DNA of 64,000 bases. Origin: the human T2T-CHM13v2.0 reference genome, Homo sapiens. Within the stretch, counting starts at the first letter, position 1. Each line of letters opens with the position of its first letter. This document shows, piece after piece, positions 29,631 to 43,595 of this stretch. Made by a program: the position numbers and the translations under genes. The DNA lies in assembly GCF_009914755.1 (NCBI RefSeq), contig NC_060928.1; one strand, 5' to 3'. The notes beneath the pieces are model-generated. The model was not told the DNA's origin. It did no database searches and worked only from the letters and a program-made list of their open reading frames with translations.

Positions 29631-30063
29631 TGTAATGGAGTAGTTTGAATAGTGCCTTCCAAAAATTCATATCCACCTGAAACCTCAAAATATGACCTTA
29701 ATTGGAAATGGGGCCTTTGCAAATGTAATTAAGTTGAGGTCATACTGAATTACAGTGGGTCCTAAATCAAATGACTGGTGTCCTTATAAGAAGAGGAGGG
29801 GGCACACAGAGACACAAAGAAGAAGGCCATGTGAAGATGGAGGCAGAGACTGGAGTGATGCAGCTACAAACCAAGGAAGCCAAGGATTGTGAGAGCCGCC
29901 AGAAGCTAGGGAAAGGCAAGGAAGTATTCTTCCCTGGAGTCTTCACCAGGAGCATACCCCGCTGATACCTTGATTTCAGACTTTTAACCTCTAGAACTGT
30001 GACAGAATAAATTTCTGTTGTTTTTAGCCACCCAGTTTGTGGTACTTCCAGGAAACTGGTACA
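29631..30063 (+). mobile_element. MLT1 (ERVL-MaLR) solo LTR, MLT1B/C-like
   Basis: 'tatgaccttaattggaaatggggcctttgcaaatgtaattaag', 'ggccatgtgaagatggaggcagagactggagtgatgcagc' and 'gaataaatttctgttgtttttagccacccagtttgtggtac'. Confidence 0.85.
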
Positions 30064-30111
30064 TGTAATAACAAAACAGTTGGTTAAATCATTGCCCATT
30101 GCATTTAGGAT

Positions 30112-30452
30112 TCAGACAACATGCCTGCTATGTCTGAAATTTTAGAAAATAGAAAAATAGGCAGATACTTCACCATGTTCATACTTCTTATAGATTGCAG
30201 GAAGATGCTGGAGAGAAATAAGCTTTAGTTAAAACCAACTCATCTGAAGAAGACTCAGAATATTCGACTCATAAAACAGGTGACAGATGTAGGTTTTGTG
30301 GGTCTGACAATCATACAGTTTGGAGGACCCTATTTAACTAAAAGAATACAAATTTAGATACTAAAGAGAATATTTACTTAGAAAATACATAAAAACAAGT
30401 TACAACATTTTAAAAATTGATAAATACCATAAACATCACAATTTTAAAAATT
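30112..30452 (+). repeat. 341-bp local direct duplication, copy 1
   Basis: Aligns without gaps to 31383-31723; 12 mismatches counted by eye. Confidence 0.95.
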
Positions 30453-30788
30453 TAATAAATTACTACTGTTAGTATCATCATTAACTGCCTGATACAGCTT
30501 TATAATATTTATTCTACATTTTTTGGCTTGATATGCTTTGAGAAGTTCTTTATGTAGCAATGATTTTTTCAATGCTTTCTCTAGGGAGGATAGAAAAATA
30601 ACCTAGTCTTTAATATTATTTACTGCAATTTATTTAAATTTAGAAAATGTTTTTCCTTTTCATATCTAGTTATTGAATTTTGCTCCTTCTAAATATCTCC
30701 AGTTTCTTGCTCTCATGGTTTTTTGTCTGGGAACAAGCCCTCAGAGAATCCCAACCCTTTGATACAGCCGAGTATGCCTGCCCCAACA

Positions 30789-30789
<1 letters not shown>

Positions 30790-30821
<32 letters not shown>
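30790..30821. repeat. (CA)n microsatellite
   Basis: About 15 CA units. Confidence 0.95.
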
Positions 30822-30825
<4 letters not shown>

Positions 30826-30918
30826 TCTGCAGCACCTGGTCTAACCTGTCCAGATTTCACTTATTTTCTTCACTCCTTCAAGTTTGGGATTTGTGATGTT
30901 AAACAGCTATGAAGCCTA

Positions 30919-31321
<403 letters not shown>

Positions 31322-31382
31322 TCACCAATGGTTGTTCCTGGAGGCCAGGAGAACGTAGAAATAGTGCTGATAGCCCGCTCTC

Positions 31383-31723
31383 TCAGACAACATGCCTGCT
31401 ATGTCTGAAATTTTAGAAAATAGAGAAATAGGCAGATACTTCACCATGTTCATACGTCTTACAGATTGCAGGAAGATGCTGGAGAGAAATAAGCTTTAGT
31501 TAAAACCGACTTATCTGAAGAAGACTCAGAATATTCGACTCATAAAACAGGTGACAGATGTAGGTTTTGTGGGTCTGACAATCATACAGTTTGGAGCACC
31601 TTATTTAATTAAAAGAATACAAATTTAGATACTAAAGAGAATATTTACTTAGAAAATACATAAAACCAAGTTACAACATTTTAAAAGTTGATATATACCA
31701 TAAACATCACAATTTCAAAAATT
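31383..31723 (+). repeat. 341-bp local direct duplication, copy 2
   Basis: ~96.5% identical to 30112-30452 at an offset of 1271 bp. Confidence 0.95.
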
Positions 31724-31890
31724 CCATCCACAATGGAAAAACACCACCAGGTCTAAGAGTATAACCTTTAAGTTGGGGCAGCCCATTTGCTAATGTGCAG
31801 CCATGGCTGCTACTTCCTCCCCAAAGGGGAAGTATAAGTAACAAGCACATGAGCTTAAGCTTCTTTAGGTTCATGATACATCCACCTCTG
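31547..31890 (+). mobile_element. MER53-related hAT element (5' end plus 3' end)
   Basis: 5' 'cagatgtaggttttgtgggtctgacaatcatacagtttgg...aaaagaatacaaa' and 3' 'gagcttaagcttctttaggttcatgatacatccacctctg' resemble recalled MER53 termini. Confidence 0.55.
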
Positions 31891-32169
31891 CATACAGCTT
31901 GGGTTAAAATAGGCCCATTTTGCCATTGACCGGCAATCCTAGACAGTTGGACAGTCAGGAACTATGCTGACAACAAAGCTGAATTTTCTGCCTTCACAAT
32001 ATAAGATGCTTCATGATCTTCTCTGCTCTCCTTTCTCCGAGATTGAGTTCATTGTTACCTCCTCTTTCTCCCTCTGATTTATTCTCTCTCTGTACATCCA
32101 ATAGTTACCTCTGCTTATTTGCAATATTACACTTATTTCATGACATTGACATTTGTTATTAGCTGTATG

Positions 32170-32665
32170 CTTTTTTTTATTTTCAGGTGAGAAAAACACG
32201 AAAACGCAACTCAAGCTTCCACAAAAAGAAATTTGGTGGGTTGTGATCTCTAGAACATATGGAGGTAGATAGAGTAGGTTCATGCAGTTCAGTAAGGTCT
32301 GGCTGTGTTTCTCTGTGATTCTCTTGGCATTGCCCTTGTCCAAGGGCTGGTTTCATCCTCAGGCTGATTTTCCCCCTAATCACAAGGTAGCTGCCTGAAG
32401 CAGCAGACCTTACTGCTCCCTCTTTTATGTTTAAGTAAAAAAGATTATAAGCATCCCACAGCCACTCAACATTTCTGAGCTTTGTGCAGAAGCCACTCTT
32501 AATAAAAGGGTGTCATATAGGTTTATGCCTTGGTTGCATGCTCACTGAAGAACCAATAACTATACTAAATGATTTTGAATTGTCCCTGGACTTGGCTATG
32601 GAATTGCCTGGCTGCTACACAGTGGGAAATGGTTAGATGTTGGGTATGCAAACAAAATGTCCATT
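32170..32665 (-). mobile_element. Old MLT1 (MaLR) LTR fragment
   Basis: 'aaaacgcaactcaagcttccacaaaaagaaatttggt' and 'ggtttcatcctcaggctg...cacaaggtagctgcc'. Confidence 0.45.
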
Positions 32666-35164
32666 ATAATCATGGTGGATTCTCTTTTTATAAAACTGTA
32701 GATCCTAGAAGATAAAACCATGAGGTCCTGGAAGATAGAGACATTGTTGATTCACCTCTGTATCTTCAGGTCCTAACCTATGGCTGGCATATAATGAATA
32801 TATCGACAGCCACCTGAAACAAAATAATAATTGATTCTCCCCAAAACTATTTTTGTCACCAGCCATTTCTGTAATTCTTAAAGAATATTATAACTGTAAT
32901 AATCTCACTCTCCATGGTTACAATTTTTATTAATTGCTTCCTGGGTCTTTCATTTGATTTCAATACATTGCTGATTATTTTTAGAGCTGCCATTAACACA
33001 GATTTCAATCACTGTCCTGTTTTCCCCTTGAGCAGTGAAGCGGTTGTCATGGAAACAGAATCCAGTGCCTCTTTCTCAAGCCTCACATCAATGCAATTTG
33101 ATGAAAGGAACTAACACTCTCTCTCGTACCTGTATTTTATAAGTCTGAAGATCTATTTCCTGTAAAAGATGCAAGTCATTACTGGGGTAAAGCATACTTG
33201 ATGATGCAAGGATTTGACAGCTTGTCCAAAAAGATGTATCAGAGCTCTCATCTGGAAATAATGCCCTAATCAGTGTAAGAGAAAGGTTTTAATGCTTGAA
33301 TTGACTAAAAATGTGAAGTCACAAGGTAGATTTTATTTAAAGGTGGGAGGAAGAATAATTTTAATTGGCACCACTCATACAGCACAAAGTCACAGACTAG
33401 TAGCCTTTCCCAGAGAGTCCCATATGGTGATTATGTGGGAAGAAGGCTCATTTCCCTCAACTCCACCCTATATAAAAAACTGGATTTGAAGTCTAATCCA
33501 GGTAGAGTGGGGGTAGGGGGAGGGAGTAACTTCCCAAGCATCTCTGGATGAGATAGCTCGGTCAGCCAAGGGAGAACCTTTGGAGAAAGTTGCTGGCCTA
33601 GGCCTCAACTTCTGCACTTTCAGCAGCTGGGGGAAGTGTATATTGGCTACATGGGCAACTCTGTAGTAAACCAACAGCATCAATTACATATAAGTATAAA
33701 GGATTCATCACCAAATTTTTGTCACATTCATCAGGACTTTATGGAAACGATTCACAGGAGGGTCTAGTTACAGAAGGGTCTAGGACCAAGTCCTAAATTC
33801 TCAGCTAGGACAAATTTAATTAGACCAACCTTTAACCTTGTCAGCATGCTGGAATATTTTATTTGGTGGCTGGATGTGCTATGATGAAATTTTCTATCAT
33901 GTCATGAGATGTCTGCATAGAGTAGCCTGTATATCTCTGAGGGTAGCCTGGATTAACCCAAGGACATGGTCTAGGAGAAGCCAGGATAAGGCAAATACAG
34001 ATGACAAAGGGGCCAGGGGAGTTGGGATCGGGGAAGGTTATAATACTAGGGCCAACTATACCCACAGGGACCTAAAGCATACGGACCCAAGCAAAGCAGA
34101 TGTAATGAATAGAAGAGCTACAGCCAAGTAATCATAAAAGCAGTATTGAATCCCAGAAACAAGCAGGTAACAATGAGCTAATATGCCAGAAACAAAACTG
34201 GAAAGGTACGTGTACAGACTGGAAAAGGATTAATAAACTGAGATCAGTATCAGAAAAAGGGACGAGGCAGATGATGAGGCTGGGCTGTAAGACAACAGTT
34301 GGGATCCTACCCAGTAGATTTCATTGCAGTAGATTTTTCCCAGTACAATGTTTTAAAGTGGGCAGACAAAAGGCTTCTTTCTGGTTTTGTTTCGTTTTTT
34401 TATTATCTGCTTGCTTGGTTTACAATATGGCCCTATCAAGACTGTATTTTAAAAGATAGCAATCAGTATATCTGCTCTTGGTCTATGTATTCTTGGTCTC
34501 TGAATAAAAGGAAGATTATCCATGAGCTAGATCACAGCTGATTCTCCCAGTTGTCCTGGCTGCCACAGTTGTTTTTTTTTTTTTTTTTTGCTTGCCTTCG
34601 TGTTAGCCACATCCCAGCTTTTCCCAAGGAAATTTCAGTTATAGTTATAGGAGCCATCTCATCACTTTTCTAGGAGAAAATCAAGTCAGTGTTATTACAG
34701 GAGTTGGTTCCTCATACCACCAGGTTTAGAAATATTTTTTGTGTCAAAACATGTACAGGCTTCCTAGCACCAAATACCGCTACAACAAAGCCAGACCACA
34801 TTTGGCCTAATTTTAGGACTCAAGGGTATCCAAGGCTGGCAAGATCTATGCCGGGCACTTGGAGCTGTTTTCTTGCCTTCTTCATACTAGGCCTATTTCC
34901 AAGGGGCTGGGTACAGATCTTGTTTTCACTTGTTTTGTTTTGGACAAAATTCTTGAACTGCTCCTACGTGGACTCTTAGTTTTTGATCTGTACCACTTGA
35001 ACCATACACCCCACCCTGCACCCCTTGCCCTCACTGTGCCCATTCTTGCTTTATCACTCATTCTTGTTTTGACGGTCCTACAATACTCCCCTCACTCACT
35101 CCATGGTAGAATTTGAGGAGGACTAGATCTGAGTGAGACACTATTATAAAAGATGATCTCAGAG

Positions 35165-36050
35165 GAAAGCTCAGAGCTGGGCCAAAGCCTTGTAAGCCTT
35201 TGGAAGGACTTTGGCTATTACTTTTAGAAAAATGGGAAACCACTAGAGCAAGCTTGTCCAACCTGTGGCCCAGGCCACATGCAGCCCAGGACAGATTTCA
35301 GCACAGAACCACACAAATTCGTAGACTTTCTTAAAACATTATGAGATGTTTCTGCAATTTTTTTTAGCGCATCAGCTATTTTAGTGTTAGTATATTTTAT
35401 ATGTGATCCAAAACAATTCTTCTTCTTCCACTGTGGTCCAGAGAAGCCCAAAGATTGGAAGCCCCTGCATTAGAGGGTTTTCAGCTGAGAAGTGGACATG
35501 GTCTAAAAATAATGAAAAGGGATCACTCTGGTTGTTATGGTAGAAATAAACAGCAGAGGGAGCAAGAGTGAAAGTAGGAAATCCAGCACAATAATTCAGA
35601 TTGACATGATGGAGGCTCGATCCAAGTTGTCACAGTAGAAGTACCAAGATGTGGTCAGATCCACGTATATATTTTGAAAATTGAGGGAAAGGATTTCCTG
35701 ACAGATTGGATATGGGGTATGAGAGAAATGATGGAGGCAAAGCTGACTAAGGGTTTGGGTCTGAGCAATTATTTAAAAACTTACATAGTGTTTCAGGAAA
35801 TCATGATTGTGCCAGACATAATTCTAAGCACTTTACCAATCACAACTCATTTAATCCTCAAAACAGCCTATGAGATACATGCTACTAGAGTGCCCAAACT
35901 TGATGCACAGATTGCTTACATGATTTGTGCAAGTTCCCAGTGAATGTTGTTGCCACTAATTGAGATGAATCAGTACAGGAGTAGAACAGATTTGGAGCAG
36001 AACTAGGAGCTTAGTTTTACACTTTTTAAGGTCTAGAGACTACTAACAAC
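35165..36050 (-). mobile_element. L2 fragment with nested MER30 and MIR pieces
   Basis: 'gccttgtaagcctttggaaggactttggctatt', 'gatcactctggttg' and 'ggatttcctgacagattggatatggggtatgagaga'. Confidence 0.6.
35249..35467. mobile_element. MER30 hAT-Charlie DNA transposon
   Basis: 'caagcttgtccaacctgtggccc...cacaaattcgtagactttcttaaaacattatgaga...agattggaagcccctg'; 8-bp TSD cactagag (35241-35248) / cattagag (35468-35475). Confidence 0.9.
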
Positions 36051-36183
36051 CCACTTGTCCAGGCTCAGTCAACTTTTGCTTTCAGCTGGTATTAGTCCAT
36101 GGTGTATACTTCTTACCTGCAGTGGTTATATCAGGTACTCTAGGCTGGCACCAGGGGTCCCACAGCTTGGTCATCCACTGAAG

Positions 36184-36390
36184 CTAGTGATATGCTGGTA
36201 AATGCGTAACAACCAGCCCTCCAAGGGAAAAGAAATCTAGCATTTGCTGAGTATTTGCTGATTTGGGTGGTGTAAATATTCACACCATAGCTGATTTTAT
36301 ACAACCACCATGATGTTATTAAAAATGGACGTTGGAAGAGATGCACACTATCTGCCCTCCGCTGTAGTGTGCCAATGACTGCAGCCACTG
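36184..36390. mobile_element. MER63-type hAT-Blackjack DNA transposon
   Basis: 'ctagtgatatgctggtaaatgcgtaacaaccagccctcc...ggtgtaaatattcacaccatagctgatttt...gcagccactg'. Confidence 0.6.
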
Positions 36391-37644
36391 CAATAATTTT
36401 AAAGCCCTAGTTAATATCTAGAAATGGTATGTCAGGGCTCTCAAGTGAGAAGGAGAATTTATGGTTGGAGACATAGCCAAAGTAGCTGGGAAAAATAAGT
36501 TAGGCGCTTGAACTAGAGTTTTAATTATGTATGATAAAGGAAATATAGACAGAATAAATTCAAAGAGATGGAATAATGGAGGGGCTGCATAACTATAGGA
36601 GAGCGAAATGGTTGGAATAGCCGATTCTGCGTTAATGTCATGAGGGTGGGGAGCAGACATGACTATGATGGAATCTGAAGAGATTTTAAAGTCAGGTCAG
36701 CCAATCAGAAGAAGTCTCAGAAGTAGGTAAAGGTGCAAAAATGACTTTTATTGCTCCAATCAGTGAGGAAAGAAGCATTTGAGAACTTCAATATCAGGCA
36801 GTAGCAGAAACACTCAAGTGTTTGCTAAATGACTGCTCCTACAAAACACCTGATCCAGGAGGAAATTTTTAAAATGTTTCCAATGCAGTGTGTCCAGGGC
36901 AGGTAAAGGAAAAGCTCCATAAGTGATTTATGTATAATATAAGATTTGGGAACCTGGTAAGTACCAAAGGCAGAAGGATTCAGGATATCAAGGAGTCCCA
37001 AGAGCAAATAAAGGACACCTAATGATAAGAGTAGAGTTTAGGGTCAGAACAGCACTGACTGAAAAGAATAGAATGAAGATGACACAGCAGTGACATACAT
37101 AGGTGGGATACATAGGTGAGAACTGATGCTGAGACCTAAACACCAAGAGAAGTTAAGCATGCTTAGCAAAAATTCAGAAAGGGTCCTGTACACATCACCA
37201 AGAAATTTTTTAAGTTTATTCTAAAGGCAATGGGTGCCAAGAGAAAATACCATTCAGGGAAATGACATGATGATTTACTTTTAAAGTAGTGTGGAAGATA
37301 GAATGCAAATAAGCAAGACCGAAAGTAAGTGAACTAATTAAGGAGGCACATCATGCAAAAGATGATGAGAGTGTGAACAATGGCTGTGACAATAGGAATG
37401 GAATAGTGAGTCTGTTTATAGAGCTATTTTAGAGTTAGAACTGACATAGCAGGATATCTGGATATGGATATCTATTGAATATAGAAGGAATAGGCAGAAA
37501 TTAAGAATAATTCCCACATTTTTGACTATGGAGAGTGAAAGAGAAAACTTGAGGAGGATTCCCACATTTTTAACTAGAATGATTCAGTAAGCAGTGTCAT
37601 TCAGGGAGATAGGAATCTAAGAAGAAAAAGAGAGATGGGAAAAT

Positions 37645-38850
37645 GTGTGTTCATCAGGACTCTTGATTGCAAATGAGAGGAAACTCATCTGCCTTAGGCA
37701 AAAAATGACTTTTATTGCTGCACCGAATCCAAGAAAGAATTAAACCAACAAACAATGGTATAGTGGACTCTGGTAGCTATAGTGCTGTCTTCTCAGAATG
37801 TATTACAATATCCTTTATAGTAACTGTACCCTTCACTTCTCATGTTTTCTGTAAAGCTGTGTCTGACTCTGACTTATCCACAGACACAGAAGTAGCATAT
37901 GAGCTGGGTCTAGCCAGAGTGATTGGTTCAAAGGTGGTCATGAGACCTAAACTACACCAATCAGGAGCCTTCATTAGACTTTTCCCCTACAGCCTTTGTC
38001 TTCGGGGTCATCCTTTAGGAAGGATGAAAAGACACTGGAGCAGCTTGCAGCCATCTTCCTCAGTGCCCTAGAAAAAGCATAACTGCATGAAGTCCAGTTG
38101 AGACTAATTCAAAAGCTAAAATAAGCAGAAATGGGAGATATATAAAAACAGAAAACTAGCAGTCCTGAAGTGCCAGAAGCATAAATAGAGGCCTGGTTAC
38201 TGCAGCTATTTGATTATATTAGCTACTTTGATGTCCTTCCCAATTATATAAGAAAATGAATACTTTTTTTCCTTCTTAGTATAGTTAGCAAGGGTATCCA
38301 TAATATAAAGTACAAGATTCTTCATTAATACCTGTTGAAAAGATAGCCTACTGAGCCCCAGGAAAAACTAGATCTAGCCACCAGAATGTCACCAGAATCT
38401 AGTTTTCTACCTTTCATCTGTACCTGTCTCTGGATGTCAGTTTTATTCTTTCTCACTGCAGACTGTTTTCATTCGTATAGTCGGAAATGTGACTACAAAC
38501 AGCTCCCAAGTTTTACTTCTGATAGGTTTTATCTCCGAAGGGAACTGCCTTTTATTTTCTGTGCTTCCAATTTCAAATATTCTAAGGAAGGATTGTAACT
38601 GACCCATCTTGTGTTACATAATGGATCAAACAGTTGTAACTAGAGTCTTAAAATACTATGATTGGCTTAGCTTGGGCCAGGTTGACATTCCTGAACCAAT
38701 CAAATGGGAGCCAGGGTGGTGGGCTCATGCAAGAAAATGGCAATGCTCATGGAAGCTGTAAAATTAGACCAGGGAGAGAAACAATTCTAAGAAGAATAGA
38801 GGTTCTATTTCCAGAAGAAGGACAAATGTAGCTATAAGTGCCTCTTGTAG
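37645..38850. mobile_element. Cluster of old MLT1 (MaLR) LTR fragments
   Basis: 'tcatcaggactcttgattgcaaatgagaggaaactca', 'gattggttcaaaggtggtcatgagacc' and 'gattggcttagcttgggccaggt...cctgaaccaatca'. Confidence 0.5.
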
Positions 38851-39239
38851 GAAAGATGGTATTTTAAACATGTTGAATTGTTGAATTTGAGACCCCATGG
38901 AGGACCAAAAGGAGGTCAAGGAAATGCGGCCAGTTGAAATTATTACTCAAGCCTGCAAGAGAAAATTTATGCATTTATCTGATTTTGATGAAAAAGATTA
39001 TTTCAGATTATAAATTTCAAATTCCATATATGGTTTTACCCCAAATTTACCTAGGTCTCTAGGTTTCAAAACAACTTTGCACATGTAAAATGATTATGCA
39101 CTGTAATACAGTAATTGTCAATTAAGAGAAAGGGTTGTGAATCACAGAGGCAAGACCTTAGGAGAAAAAAAATCCTGATCTATGTTTCTCCCCTATGAGG
39201 AAAGAGACAAAGCTATGGACTAGCAGAGCCTGAAGACCC

Positions 39240-39680
39240 CAAGATTTTTGGTCTAAGAAACTGTAGTATTGCAACTGATAAAGGGAAGATATGTCTAGGG
39301 CAGGTTTGGGGTAAGTTTGAGTTGTCTCTCAGACGTCCAAGTGGAGATACTGAGTAAGGTATTAGATATATGGGACTGGATTTCAGAAGAGTGATCTGGG
39401 AACTCCAAAATTAAGAGGTTAGGAATAAAAGGAAGAGCCATCCAAGGAAACTGATGAAGAAGCTTTGAGAGTAAAGGAGAATAACCAAGGTAATGTGGTG
39501 TTCTAGCAGCCATGTGAATGCAAAACCTGAAAGAGAAGGGAAAAATCAATTGTGACAGATGCTGCTGAAGAGTGACACAAATAACGACAGAGAATTAACC
39601 ATTAGACTTAGCAAACTGGCTGCCACTGGTGATTTTGACAGTTTCTATGCAGTAAGAAGAGCAAAAGGCAAGAGTTACAC
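39240..39680 (-). mobile_element. L2 fragment
   Basis: 'agacgtccaagtggagatactgagtaaggtattagatatatggga' and 'gagaattaaccattagacttagcaa...ccactggtgattttgaca'. Confidence 0.6.
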
Positions 39681-40564
39681 TTTAGCCACAAATGCCAGCC
39701 GACAAGGCAGAAATTAGATGGGTCGTTGTCCTGGAAACTAGAGGATTTATGAGACATAGCATCTAACATCTTAGGACTCTGATTCATCTATGTTCATAAT
39801 GCCCTGAAAGCCCCACCCCTTCCCTCAGACACAAGGACACTACCTGAGGGAGATAACTCGGGGGGTTGGAGGGCTGTGTAATAAACTAAGCGTTGTTTGT
39901 GTTTTACTTTTTGCCAAGGCAGACTATTGATAAAGCTTCTGCCTAAATTAACAGATCAAACTAAGCTTTAAATCAAAGTTAATGTTTTTTCTTCTTACCA
40001 GCAGGTGTAGAGAAAGAACAAATCAACTATGACAAAACTAATAAAACTATATTTTATCCTCATGTTGGATGTGTTACCTGTGTTAAATCTTTAACCCTCA
40101 TGTGGGTCAAATTTTTCTTATGTTTTCACTAGTAAACTTCCCATATCAATTCATAGCTTATGCTTGATAATTTTTTCAAGCATATCTGATTTTTTCTTAC
40201 AATCATTAATATTTGACAACTGTTAAGCTGTATCTTACTGGTGATTTTGGTTCATGAAATTGAATAATATCCAGGTAAAATCCTAAAGGTAAAAATCAGG
40301 ATAAGTTTGAAAATGGGTCATCCACCTGAAAAGTAGAAGAATAATGGGAAGAGAGTCAAAATGAGAGGACTCAGGAGTTAGAAACAAAAAGAGAGAGAGA
40401 GAGAGAGAAGGGGTAGTGGATGAAGCAGGCTTAGATAATTTTTGAAAGTGCATGTAAAAAGACACATTACAGTTTTCACCTTCTATAGATACTTATTTGC
40501 ATGTGTATTTCAGATCTCATTAAAGTTTCAGAATAAGGTGCATATCTCACAATATTTTGGAAAG

Positions 40565-40830
40565 CATATTAAGAACTAATAACACAAGCACTGAAATCAG
40601 AGAAAATTTGGTTTAAGAACTAGCACTACCACTTATTAGCCACATGGATCTGAGCAAGTTACTCTTTGAGACTCAGAATCCTCATTCATAAAATGGAGAA
40701 AATAATAGTATGTAACTCACCAAGCTGTTCTAAGAATTGAACAAGATGATGCAGATAAGGCTCTCTTTGCAGTGCCTTCCCAAATAAAGGCTCAATAATT
40801 ATTAGTAGTTATGGTTAGTGTTATTATAGA
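40565..40830 (+). mobile_element. MIR SINE
   Basis: 'accacttattagccacatggatctgagcaagttact...ctcagaatcctcattcataaaatggagaaaataatagta'. Confidence 0.65.
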
Positions 40831-42267
40831 TCATTGAGAAGTCTTTCTTTAGAAGCCTTTTCCATCAGTACCTTTTTTTTTCTTACTTATTTCTCCAGCC
40901 CTCTTAGGGCCCTTGAAGAATCTCATCAATGATACTCTCACCAGCACCTTCAATTACCTTTCTCCTCTGTATTTTCACCAAAGGTATTATGCCAACTCTC
41001 ACCCTGTGAATCCACTGACTGGGGAACATTGTTTAAGAAAATCACATGGCTGTGCCAACAAGCAAGGTAGGAACGGCCATGTGGTGACCTGTGGGCTGAA
41101 GTTAAGTGTTGTGGTTTGATCATTGTGTAAGGTAGAATCAGAGCTGGATCTCAAAGAATGTTGACTTCATTTCTTCTTCCTTTTTTTTTAATTAGTTGAT
41201 TTGTTTGGTATATTTATTTACTTATATATTTTTTGCTTTGGGTTTTGGTTTTGTTTGCTTTAAGTTTTGGGAATTCCTTACAGGAGACACGGCACAGAAG
41301 ACAGAGGCAGAAGCAGCTTTATTGAAAAACAGAGCATGAGTAGAACGACTTCAAATCCCATATGGCACCACAGTGAGAAGTAACTTCCTCTGAGCTTCTT
41401 AGAGAATCCAACAATGTCCTGCTTCCTTGGGGAGCTGCAGCCATGGGCACATGGGAATAGGGCTTCCACCAAGAGTCCCGTCAGTCACAGCAACAGGAGG
41501 TCTTCCTCAGACAACTTTGATGATAGTGGTTGTTAGCCAGAGCAAGCTAGAACCAGAAAGAAAAACTATGAAGATGCCACAGTGGGAGTCTGAGCACCTT
41601 GAGGCCTCCTGTTGGAAACTGGCAAACCTAACTGTGGGACACTTGGATGCTGAGTTCTGGTAAACATGCTGTCGGAGGCACGGTAATTTAGTCATTAACA
41701 TTTAAAAACGATCTAATTCTATATACATACTCTGTTGAAGACTTCTTCCAACCACCTTGTATTATAAATTTAAAATATGAAATACAAACTCTTTATGTGT
41801 CTTGACTCAGATTACCTAGGAAGGGACAGTGACCTATTCATCAATGTTTAGAATTAGAGTAAGTTATAGAATATAGTCTGAGAAAATTACTTGGACCAAG
41901 AAAGCAATGTCCCTGACATTCATCAATCTAGAACCAGAGCTGCAGATTAAGCTAGGTGCAAATTTATCAGAAAACAATATTTTTCCCAAATACATATTGC
42001 AGCCATAAAATGCCCTAAAAACCCAGTTCTTAGAGGGACTATTGCTTACTTACTGAGAAATTGTATTCTCTGAAATCATAGACTATGAGATGCATTGCTG
42101 TTTAAAATTATTGCAATAAGAATGAAACATCTCACTCTTATCTGGAGGAGTTAAGTCATTGTGATCAGTGAAGCCTTGATTTAAGCTCCTGTGCAAAGCT
42201 TCAGAGAATGGGTCTCAGGACACAACATTTGACATCTATTTTGACTTCATTTCCAAGAAAATAGGAC

Positions 42268-42682
42268 TGCTATGGTTTGAATGTTTGTCTCCCTCAAACC
42301 AAGGTGTCGGAGGTGGGGCCTAATGGGAGACGTTTGGGTTATCAGGGAGGGTCCCTCATGAATAGATTAATGCTCTCCCTGGGGGTAGGGAACAGTTAGT
42401 GAGTTCTTGCTTTATTCATTCTCAAGAGAGCTGGTTGTTAAATAGAGCCTGGCGCCTCCCTCCTCCCTCCTTGCTTTCTCTCTCACCGTATGATCTTAGC
42501 ACATTACACCTCCCCTCACCTTCTGCCATGAGTGGAAGCAGCCTGAGCCTCTCACCAGGAGCAGATGCTGGTGCCATGCTTCTTGTACAGCCCACAGAGC
42601 AGTGAGCCAAATAAACCTCTTTTCCTTAGAGATTGCGCAGCCTCAGATGTTCCTCTAGAGCAACACAAAATGGACTAAGACA
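42268..42682 (+). mobile_element. MST-family (ERVL-MaLR) solo LTR
   Basis: TG...CA ends: 'tgctatggtttgaatgtttg' ... 'gcaacacaaaatggactaagaca'; 5-bp TSD aggac/agaac. Confidence 0.9.
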
Positions 42683-43595
42683 AGAACCATAGGTCCATTT
42701 CACAGTACAGAGCTGAGGTTGACCCCTTTTATACACAACCATACTTTCTTAGAGCCCATAGAATATCATTTCATTTACATCACACCTAAATTCCACTCTT
42801 TAGCAAAATCTTATGTTAACTCTATATTTTCCTTTGTTTGATGAGATACCCCACAATTGCTCTGTTGTGCAGTCCCCACACTGCAATGAGTCAGTAAACT
42901 CAATTGGTTTGTTTACAGGTTGTCCCTGGTGGTTTTAGGCTGATTGGGCTAAGACAAACCACATCTTATTTTTTAAATGTCTCCTTTAAGCAAATGTTAT
43001 TATCTGTATTTTACTCTATTCCATAAGCAGAAGTGACAAAGTAGTCTAATTTTACCAAAAGATGCTTATAGCATAAAACTTTCTATGCTGTAAACATAGA
43101 AAGTACTTGAAATCAAAAAGAAAAAATTACTGTCCTTAAAATGAAAAAAAATATACACACAGAGTTGGGGTTTTTTCACTTTACTAAAGCTCAGGCTGTG
43201 CTTATTACAATAGAACAGTGATCAAAACTACAGCTTTTTTTCCTCCTTTATAATATGACCAAACAAGGGTTAGTGGCAATGAGCACTGCATCACTTAAAA
43301 GATACTGAAAAACTTGAAATACTGATGAACCTCTAACAAACACCTTCTTCCCAATCCTCACTCTTGACCTATGACCTTGTTTCCTTTTCACTGAGAAACA
43401 GAGAAAAAATTAGATGAGAATGTGTACAAGCTCTCACCACAAGATCTTCCTACCTCCTCTAACTGCACCTATATACTATTACTATCAAAGATCCCTCTGT
43501 GTCCCTAACAAAGGCTATTTCCTCTCCTTTTGCACTAAATTCCATATACTCATGCCTATGGGGAGACATTGTTCCAGTAATTATCTCCTTTCCTC

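Noticed and set aside
37510-37572. Direct repeat attcccacattttt x2
   Set aside because: Small local duplication inside a degenerate L2; no functional indication.
36736-37720. Shared ~19-mer aaaaatgacttttattgct at ~36737 and ~37701
   Set aside because: Short, AT-rich and in or near old MaLR/L2 sequence; chance or shared repeat ancestry explains it.
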